A stretch of DNA of 64,000 bases from an uncultured archaeon (lineage in GTDB: Archaea; Aenigmatarchaeota; Aenigmatarchaeia; CG10238-14; SCSR01), in NCBI GenBank assembly GCA_964366355.1, contig CAYITO010000001.1, positions 2,459-66,458 on the forward strand. The letters are read 5' to 3'. The position numbers were made by a program, and so were the translations under genes. Positions 57,555-64,000 of this stretch are shown here, in pieces. Below the pieces are notes generated by a model. The model saw only the letters and a list, made by a program, of their open reading frames with translations. It searched no databases and had not been told where the DNA came from. Every line of letters begins with the position of its first letter. Within the stretch, counting starts at the first letter, position 1.

Positions 57555-57905
57555 ATGACTATTCTTATATCACTAATTATTACAGTCACTTTCGGTGTAC
57601 TTGCTTATATCTATGTCAGCAGTGGTTTACACATTGTTGAAGCAAATTGCGTCGGTGATATAATAACTGTTACCATAAAAAATGGTAGTGGATCGCAGAT
57701 TGATAATGTTTCTGTAGAGGCTGTACAGCCCGATGGAAGAACCAGCGGTTCATGTGTTATTGGGGACATGAGTGCTGGCGGTAAGGGTAGTTGTATGATT
57801 AACAGGCCTAGTGGAGCTAGTATAGGAACATACAAAGTAAGTGTAACCGTATCGGGGGCTGCAGTAATTACAGGAAATGTAGTTTGTTCAGCCACAGGCG
57901 TTTAG
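57555..57905 (+). CDS. Pilin-like small surface protein
   Basis: N-terminal TM helix, then a Cys-containing beta-sandwich (C..ITVTIKN...C...C...VVC). Confidence 0.55.
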   Translation: MTILISLIITVTFGVLAYIYVSSGLHIVEANCVGDIITVTIKNGSGSQIDNVSVEAVQPDGRTSGSCVIGDMSAGGKGSCMINRPSGASIGTYKVSVTVSGAAVITGNVVCSATGV

Positions 57906-57979
57906 ATTATTAATGAACATTTCATGGCAGCAAATAGAATGATATAAATAAAAACACAGAATTTAACTAAAGATTTATT

Positions 57980-58603
57980 ATGACTATTACACCCACACGC
58001 TCGACATTATTGAAGTTGAAAAAGACCATCAAGCTGGCAGTGGCTGGACATTCTCTCTTGAAGAGAAAGCGAGACGGTTTGATACAAGAATTCTTCAAGG
58101 TGCTTGGGCAGGCGAAAGAGTTCCAGTCGAAATTGCAGGAAAATTATCAAAAGGCCAAAGGGGCGATAAATTTGGCACGGGCTGTAGACGGGAGTGCTGT
58201 GGTGAAATCTGCATCATTCGCACACAAGGACAGTGCAGAGATAGAGCTTGAAACTAGGAACGTGATGGGAGTGATAGTTCCAAAAATCACCAGCGATTAT
58301 CATGTTGAAGCATTCCATACTCGAGGTTATGGTATCATTGGCACATCTGGGTATATAGATGATGCAGCAGAATCATACGAACAGGTTTTGAAAGACGTGA
58401 TTACAATCGCCGAAATCGAGACGGCATTGAAGAAATTGCTGATAGAGATAGACAAAACTAAAAGGCGTGTTAATGCGCTGGAATTCAGGGTGATACCAAG
58501 GTTGCAGGGCGATGCGAAATATGTGAAACAAAGATTAGAGGAAATGGAGAGGGACGACGTCTTTAGGTTGAAAAGGATTAAGGCAAAGAAAGCAGTCAAA
58601 TGA
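57980..58603 (+). CDS. atpD: A/V-type ATP synthase subunit D
   Basis: PTRSTLL, LLKRKRDGL, NVMGV, KTKRRVNALE, RLEEMER. Confidence 0.96.
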   Translation: MTITPTRSTLLKLKKTIKLAVAGHSLLKRKRDGLIQEFFKVLGQAKEFQSKLQENYQKAKGAINLARAVDGSAVVKSASFAHKDSAEIELETRNVMGVIVPKITSDYHVEAFHTRGYGIIGTSGYIDDAAESYEQVLKDVITIAEIETALKKLLIEIDKTKRRVNALEFRVIPRLQGDAKYVKQRLEEMERDDVFRLKRIKAKKAVK

Positions 58604-58607
58604 ATTT

Positions 58608-58913
58608 TTAGTTTTTGCTGCCAGCTCTTCTGAGTAAAATTTTACTATACTGGTCCACCAGCCTCTGAACATCTTCTGAATTAGTTCCAGCGCGTCTGCT
58701 TAAGTTTAAGTAATGAGTTATATCTCCGACCTCTACACCTGTTTCCGCACAGTCCCTAAGTCTAGACAAAATGGCGCTGTTACGCAGACTTTCCATGCCA
58801 AGAAGAAGACTAATTGATTGAATACTAACCAGATATCCCAATTGATTTAGAAAAATATTTTGTAAAGGTGTATAACTTCTTCCATACGGTTGAATTGCCG
58901 AAGAGGTTACCAT
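58608..58913 (-). CDS. Hypothetical protein (orphan)
   Basis: 101-aa ORF from ATG 58913. Confidence 0.45.
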   Translation of the reverse strand: MVTSSAIQPYGRSYTPLQNIFLNQLGYLVSIQSISLLLGMESLRNSAILSRLRDCAETGVEVGDITHYLNLSRRAGTNSEDVQRLVDQYSKILLRRAGSKN

Positions 58914-58996
58914 AAATAATAATTTGTTTTCGCTTTTTAACTCCTTTTCTATTGTGCAAAGTAAATTATTTGTATAGCAATTCTGAATCATTATTC

Positions 58997-59500
58997 ATGG
59001 CATTTGCAGACTTTTGGCGTTTGATGGCAGCAATCGGCGATTTTGAAGTCTGGCTGGCAATAGTTTTCTTAATTCTGGCACTTTATGCTGTATTTCCGAA
59101 ATCAAAGAAACATAGAATTGCATTTTTAGTATTCGTTCTCGTGCCCTCACTTTTTATTTCTGCTGGTATAACTGAATTGCTCAAGATTTATACACAGATA
59201 CCGCGACCATGCCTTGGACAGGCAGACTGCCCTTCTAATTTTTCATTCCCAAGCGGGCATGCCGCAGCAATGTTTGCACTGGCTGCTGCAGTGGCACTGA
59301 ACAACAAAAATTTGGGAATTAAATCTGCTTTCGCAATCTTGGCCATCTTGGTTTCAATTTCTAGGGTTGCATTGAATTACCATACGTATGCCGATATAAT
59401 CGGCGGCGCATTCGTTGGGATTTCCACGGTATATTTGATCGAAATTTTATATAAGCGAAACATCTTAAGCTTAAAAGCTTTCAAGTCAATAATCTCTTGA
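58997..59500 (+). CDS. PAP2 family phosphatase
   Basis: K......RP, SFPSGH, SRVALNYH...DI. Confidence 0.9.
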   Translation: MAFADFWRLMAAIGDFEVWLAIVFLILALYAVFPKSKKHRIAFLVFVLVPSLFISAGITELLKIYTQIPRPCLGQADCPSNFSFPSGHAAAMFALAAAVALNNKNLGIKSAFAILAILVSISRVALNYHTYADIIGGAFVGISTVYLIEILYKRNILSLKAFKSIIS

Positions 59501-59787
59501 TGGCTAATTACATTCCCAAAAAAATCTCTCAGGTTACAAAAACAGATTCAAGAGTTTCTGTAATCGGCAAGATCCTGGATGTCGGCAATAATTCTTTTGT
59601 ACTGCAAGACGATGCAAGCACGACAGAAGTATTCTCAGATATCCCGGCAGAAAAGGACAAGTTAGTCCGAATCTACTGCTCTGTCATAGAAGGGCGATTG
59701 AAGGCAGATGTAATCCAGGACTTGACAGGCTTCGATTTTCCTCTATTTAAAAAAGTTGAAGAACTATATAATAAAGCAGGTGTTTGA
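59500..59787 (+). CDS. Small OB-fold protein (RPA14/RPA3-like)
   Basis: RVSVIGKI, FVLQD, LVRI, ADVIQD..GFD..L; located next to PCNA. Confidence 0.65.
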   Translation: MANYIPKKISQVTKTDSRVSVIGKILDVGNNSFVLQDDASTTEVFSDIPAEKDKLVRIYCSVIEGRLKADVIQDLTGFDFPLFKKVEELYNKAGV

Positions 59788-59788
59788 A

Positions 59789-60541
59789 TTGTTCAAAGCA
59801 ACATTGGCAGAACCGCAACTTCTAGTCAACTCAATTTCAACCATTGCAGAATTGATAGATGAAGGTTTGTTCAAGATTTCTAAAAATGGCATTAGTTTGG
59901 TTGCAGCGGACCGGGCGATGGTCGCTGTCGTTGATTTCAGTTTGTCATTAGGCGCTTTCCAGAATTACGAGTTGGAAGAGGAGCAGACAATAGGGCTGAA
60001 CATAACCAATCTGTTGTCGGTTTTGAAAAGGGCTACAAGCAATGACAAGATCTCCTTGAATCTGCATGGCAAGAAGCTGGAGATTTTATTGGATGGCAGC
60101 AGCAAGAGGAAGTTCACAGTTCCTTTGCTTGATTTGAGCCAGGAGGAAGTCCCGCCGATAGACCAGTTGGAATTTACTGCAGGAGCAGAAATAAAGCCGG
60201 AAGTTTTGCAGTCTGGAGTTGATGACGCGGAGATAATTTCAGATTCTGTTGTTTTTGAGATATCGCCAAGTATATTTTTGATGAAGGCCGAAGGCGATGT
60301 GAGCAGAGCAGAATTGGAACTCGAGAAGGGCAACCAAGCCTTGATTGATATAAAATCAGACAGCAATGCAAAATCCAGATACCCTTTGGATTATTTGAAG
60401 AAGATGATGAAGGCAGGCAAGGTTGCAGATTCAGTTGGAATAAAGTTCGGGCAGGACTATCCGATGAAGCTGTCTTTCAAGTCAGGCGACAAATGCTCTT
60501 TGCAATTCATTTTAGCACCGAGAGTCGCTGAGAACGAATAA
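59789..60541 (+). CDS. pcn: DNA polymerase sliding clamp PCNA
   Basis: LIDEG, ADRAMVA, SRYPLDYL, FGQDYP, FILAPR; TTG start after GGTG. Confidence 0.96.
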   Translation: MFKATLAEPQLLVNSISTIAELIDEGLFKISKNGISLVAADRAMVAVVDFSLSLGAFQNYELEEEQTIGLNITNLLSVLKRATSNDKISLNLHGKKLEILLDGSSKRKFTVPLLDLSQEEVPPIDQLEFTAGAEIKPEVLQSGVDDAEIISDSVVFEISPSIFLMKAEGDVSRAELELEKGNQALIDIKSDSNAKSRYPLDYLKKMMKAGKVADSVGIKFGQDYPMKLSFKSGDKCSLQFILAPRVAENE

Positions 60542-60580
60542 ATTTTATAATCAGCCGGCGATAATTTCTAATAGAGTTCA

Positions 60581-61249
60581 ATGAATACTGACAGGGCTTT
60601 GGATGAAATAACTTGGTTCGGACATGCCAGCTTCTTGATACATGACAAACTAAATAATAAAAACATATATTATCTTGATCCTTTTGATTTCAAGGAAAAA
60701 CCCAAAGAAACAGCCGACATAATTTTTATCACTCACGCACATTACGACCATTGGAGCCCCAAGGACATACAGAAAATTTTGGATGATGAGACGATAGTTG
60801 TAGGCGTGAATGGGTGCGAGGGAATGAAGCTTCCGGAAGAAAGGTTTATGATAACCGAGCCCAACCGAGAGTTTGAGTTGAAGGGAATAAAAATAAAAAC
60901 CGTTCCTGCATACAACATCAGGCCCGAGAGATTGCAATTCCATCCGAAAGCAAACAAGTGGGTAGGCTACATATTGGAGGTAAACAATGTTAAAATCTAC
61001 CATGCAGGAGACACAGATTTTATACCTGAAATGAAAAATCTGGGAAAGGTCAATGTTGCAATGCTTCCAATGGGAGGGACTTATACGATGGACGTCGACG
61101 AATCTATACAGGCCGCTAATGCAATCAAGGCAGAGGTAACTGTTCCGATGCACTACAGAACTCTGCTGAAAGATTTCGAGTCTGCTGAAAAAAGGTTCAA
61201 AGCTGGCGTCAAGGGCAGGGTTGAAATTCTGGATGAAGTTGCTGCCTGA
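60581..61249 (+). CDS. MBL-fold metallo-hydrolase (UPF0173-like)
   Basis: WFGHASF, THAHYDH, HAGDT, PMGGTYTM, PMHY. Confidence 0.92.
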   Translation: MNTDRALDEITWFGHASFLIHDKLNNKNIYYLDPFDFKEKPKETADIIFITHAHYDHWSPKDIQKILDDETIVVGVNGCEGMKLPEERFMITEPNREFELKGIKIKTVPAYNIRPERLQFHPKANKWVGYILEVNNVKIYHAGDTDFIPEMKNLGKVNVAMLPMGGTYTMDVDESIQAANAIKAEVTVPMHYRTLLKDFESAEKRFKAGVKGRVEILDEVAA

Positions 61250-61252
61250 TGC

Positions 61253-61408
61253 TTACTTTCCTGCCAGTTTGTTTTTCTTCACGAAAGCCCAAAGTTTCTT
61301 CGTCATTTGACTTGGAGCCAATCCCCCTGTCCCGAAGATTTTCGAGATAGGCCAATCCTTGACTTTCTTGAAGTTTACGCTATATCCGCCGAATGGTTTC
61401 TTTGCTAT
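61253..61408 (-). CDS. Small basic SWIB/MDM2-like protein (51 aa, probable ATA start; not in the ORF track)
   Basis: (M)AKKPFGGYSVNFKKVKDWPISKIFGTGGLAPSQMTKKLWAFVKKNKLAGK; strong AAAGGAGG RBS 9 nt upstream. Confidence 0.65.
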   Translation of the reverse strand: MAKKPFGGYSVNFKKVKDWPISKIFGTGGLAPSQMTKKLWAFVKKNKLAGK

Positions 61409-61511
61409 TTTGATCAACCTCCTTTAGAAACGTTATTTTCTTAGAATAAAAGCATTGCTACCAACCCCAGTTTTAACAATCAACATATTCTGGCTAGAGC
61501 AAATAATACTT

Positions 61512-62468
61512 ATGCTCAGCAAACTGATTGTCTTGCTAATTTTGATAATGACAGGACTTTATTTCCTAAACCAATTCAATTCCGCACAAATCACTCCCGA
61601 AACTAAGCAACAAACACTAAAGCCAGTAACCATTCCACCATCACTTCTAGACTATCCGAATTTAAGATGGAACCACATGCCACTTACCGTCTTCATAAAT
61701 CCAGCTGCCTCAAAAGAGTCATACATATCTGATGTCAAGCTTGCGATGGCATTATGGAAGGATGCGACAAACGGCATGATTTCCTTCGAATTGACAAAGT
61801 CAAAAGACGCCGACATAACAATCGAATGGGTTGGCGAACTGAAAACAAATTCCTTGGATGCAGCTGGCGACACGAACATCAACTTCTACAATCAGACAGC
61901 ATTCAAAATTATAAACAACGCCACCATAGAGCTGCTGGACAAAATAGATTCGAAAGAACTTAATGATTTTGACATGACAAACTTGGCAATACATGAAATA
62001 GGACACGCATTAGGCTTGAGCCATAATGATGCTAAAGACAGTGTGATGAACCCAGTCTTGAAAATTCCATCAAAAGAAATCAAACCAATCACAAAGCAGG
62101 AAATCCAGCTTTTGCTTGACACCTACAAAATCCAGCCAAAGCCCGACCTATACATCTCAACAAATTCCACAGTTACAAAAATCGTCGATACGCGTCTCTT
62201 CAAGGAAAACTATTATATCAATACCGTGATTGCTGTAGAGAACAACGGATTGATCACTTCCACAAACACTACAATGCTGATAAAAGCCGGTGGCATGATA
62301 GTGCGGGAAGACAATCTGCCGGAAATCCCTGTCGGTGCAATCTTCACCAGAACCTATGTCAACCAGCCGGTAAGCGGAAATTTCAGTAATGTTGAAATAA
62401 TTCTGGATTCTGACAACCTTGTAGACGAACTTAACGAGGCAAACAATCTTTTAATTTTGAAAGCTTGA
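61512..62468 (+). CDS. Matrixin (M10) metalloprotease with a C-terminal CARDB domain
   Basis: HEIGHALGLSH, Met-turn SVMNP, KPDL...DSDNLVDELNEANN; N-terminal TM. Confidence 0.9.
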   Translation: MLSKLIVLLILIMTGLYFLNQFNSAQITPETKQQTLKPVTIPPSLLDYPNLRWNHMPLTVFINPAASKESYISDVKLAMALWKDATNGMISFELTKSKDADITIEWVGELKTNSLDAAGDTNINFYNQTAFKIINNATIELLDKIDSKELNDFDMTNLAIHEIGHALGLSHNDAKDSVMNPVLKIPSKEIKPITKQEIQLLLDTYKIQPKPDLYISTNSTVTKIVDTRLFKENYYINTVIAVENNGLITSTNTTMLIKAGGMIVREDNLPEIPVGAIFTRTYVNQPVSGNFSNVEIILDSDNLVDELNEANNLLILKA

Positions 62469-62481
62469 AAGAAAAAGGAAA

Positions 62482-62518
62482 TGGGGAAAGAGAGGCTAAT
62501 GGTTTTCTGCTTTCCCCA
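62482..62518. other. Intergenic stem-loop (terminator-like on the minus strand)
   Basis: TGGGGAAAG / CTTTCCCCA 9-bp stem; followed by a U-rich tract on the minus strand. Confidence 0.4.
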
Positions 62519-62601
62519 AAGACAGGTTGACAGACGCGCTAGATTAGCTCGTAAAATTATATTGAACATTATGTATTACATTCTTTGTGAAAAGCTGGTA
62601 C

Positions 62602-62614
62602 AGAACCATGTTCT
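62602..62614. promoter_or_regulatory. Palindromic candidate operator upstream of a TATA box
   Basis: AGAAC-CAT-GTTCT; TTAAAAA at 62629, 30 nt before ATG 62659. Confidence 0.35.
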
Positions 62615-62658
62615 ACAGATAAAAATAGTTAAAAACACTAAATCTTATTGATTGTGAT

Positions 62659-63357
62659 ATGGCAGTATTGATACCTCTCTGGTTCTATGTCTTCAGTTCT
62701 GTTACTTATATCATTGCGTCATTAGCCGGGATTCTTCTCACTTACTTCGCATTAAAACTCTACAAGCTCACAGGCAAGCGCGAGCAGAGGTTTCTGTTCC
62801 AAGCAATGGGGTTCATTACCTTGGGTTTTGTAATTTTATCCATCGCCAACATCTACGGCTATTTCCACTTCCAGTATTGCTTCCCTGCATGCCAGTTCGA
62901 TGTCACGGATCCTAACTATACCCTAATAATCAAGAGCGGAAATTACGCCTATTATGTGGCAAGCCTTCTCGGCTACATACTCTTGGCAATGACCTACTTG
63001 AAGACAATAAAGATAGACAAGCTCTTTGTCGTGATGCCGCTTAATTTGGCTCTGATATTCCAATCGTTGCAGCACGGATTCCTATACCCATTTGACAATT
63101 TCGTATTCCAGCTCTTCCACCTCCTGTCGATAATAATCCTTTCCTACATAAACTTCAACACGATAACCAACTATCTGGTTCTGAAGACCAAGCACAGTTT
63201 TCCTGTGATGGTGGGCTTCCTTTTCATCGGCGCGTATCATTTCCTGATGGCGCTAACGCCATTTAAGCCGATAGTTTTTGCCGCTGCGCATCTCTCATTG
63301 CTGGTAGGTTTGGCATCACTGTTATGGATGCTTGTGCAGGTGAACAGGCGTGGCTGA
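62659..63357 (+). CDS. Hypothetical ~7-TM membrane protein
   Basis: About seven hydrophobic segments; overlaps the downstream wHTH gene. Confidence 0.7.
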   Translation: MAVLIPLWFYVFSSVTYIIASLAGILLTYFALKLYKLTGKREQRFLFQAMGFITLGFVILSIANIYGYFHFQYCFPACQFDVTDPNYTLIIKSGNYAYYVASLLGYILLAMTYLKTIKIDKLFVVMPLNLALIFQSLQHGFLYPFDNFVFQLFHLLSIIILSYINFNTITNYLVLKTKHSFPVMVGFLFIGAYHFLMALTPFKPIVFAAAHLSLLVGLASLLWMLVQVNRRG

Positions 63358-63628
63358 GCGTCGCTCCAAGATGCAGGTGTTGACTGACATACTGAGAGTG
63401 ATACAGAGGGAAGGCGGAACAGCCAAGCCAACGCACATCCTTTACAAGGCAAACCTGTCCCACAAGCTCCTGAAAAGCCACTTGAGCCTGCTGATGGAAA
63501 AGGGCTTCGTAGAACAGAGGCAATACGGCGACAAAATCCACTATTCTGTTACATTGAAAGGCGCCAAGTTCATGGAAGAGTTCAGGAAAGTTGAGAAGCT
63601 GTCGTCGGCATTCGGCCTGTCGGTTTGA
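63350..63628 (+). CDS. Winged-helix regulator (HTH_45-like)
   Basis: RRSKMQVLTDIL, KPTHILYKANLS, YSVTLKG. Confidence 0.88.
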   Translation: MAERRSKMQVLTDILRVIQREGGTAKPTHILYKANLSHKLLKSHLSLLMEKGFVEQRQYGDKIHYSVTLKGAKFMEEFRKVEKLSSAFGLSV

Positions 63629-63631
63629 CTC

Positions 63632-64000
63632 TCATTTTGAGACAATAAATGTAGGCACATATCGATACTTGAGCTTTCTTGCATCTGCATGAGTAAAATG
63701 TTTCATCAGATGTATCCAGAATGGGCTCAAAAGCAAAGTTATGGCTATTACGATGCTTATAATCTGAAAGCCAAAATTCTGTATAATGCCGATTTCCAAG
63801 CCGAATGCTGCAAGAACGAAGCTGAATTCCCCGATTTGCGAAAGCAGCGCGCCTGAATACAGGCTTTCTTCCCAATCCTCGCCAAGAAATCTAAAGACAG
63901 CTGCATTGACAAACGTGTTGGTGAGGAATACGGCCACTACCAGCAGTGAAATTATGACTATGTTTTGCATCAGAAATGCCAGGTTGATTATAGCTCCTAT
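63632..64000 (-). CDS. CPA2 cation:proton antiporter (KefB-like), 5' partial
   Basis: LLSQIGEFSFVLA, ITLLLSP; frame is open to the window end. Confidence 0.85.
   Translation of the reverse strand: MGAIINLAFLMQNIVIISLLVVAVFLTNTFVNAAVFRFLGEDWEESLYSGALLSQIGEFSFVLAAFGLEIGIIQNFGFQIISIVIAITLLLSPFWIHLMKHFTHADARKLKYRYVPTFIVSK

Noticed and set aside
62354..62569. 71-aa minus-strand ORF
   Set aside because: It overlaps the 3' end of the matrixin gene and has no protein-like features.
2186..63875. Numerous 60-170 aa ORFs antisense or out of frame to identified genes (e.g. 5788-6216, 9934-10392, 36917-37375, 60650-61153)
   Set aside because: Shadow ORFs with no motifs, fully overlapping well-supported genes.

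Overview
A 64-kb piece of an archaeal chromosome, most likely a DPANN lineage. Support: a single-chain PriS-PriL primase, archaeal r-proteins, an A/V-type ATPase, PCNA/GINS/TFS and BRE-TATA promoters about 30 nt before start codons. Aenigmarchaeota-like is a guess. Housekeeping content: a fragment of the S10/spc ribosomal superoperon (S19 to S14), SerRS/TyrRS/CysRS, tRNA-Cys, apgM/eno, thrC, glnA, the primase-GINS-L44e-S27e cluster, the ATP synthase operon and PCNA. AT-rich orphan genes are interleaved throughout, and several are decaying. The most interesting locus is a ~10-kb minus-strand operon (38387-48338) that looks like a secreted archaeal polymorphic toxin system. It encodes a TcB/TcC-like SpvB-VCBS-YD/RHS protein with a PD-(D/E)xK nuclease-like tip and a coupled immunity gene. 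About 220 aa of the RHS shell appear to be missing from the toxin, and a matching segment sits on a separate signal-peptide-bearing gene fused to Ig-like repeats (a putative split RHS cage). A 22/23-nt direct repeat brackets the toxin-tip/immunity cassette. Other notable items: a half attC-like element fused to a DUF47 stub, a glutaminase-like orphan inside the ribosomal operon, probable ATT/CTG/ATA start codons, and unannotated microproteins. All family assignments come from motif recognition by eye; no database searches were run.
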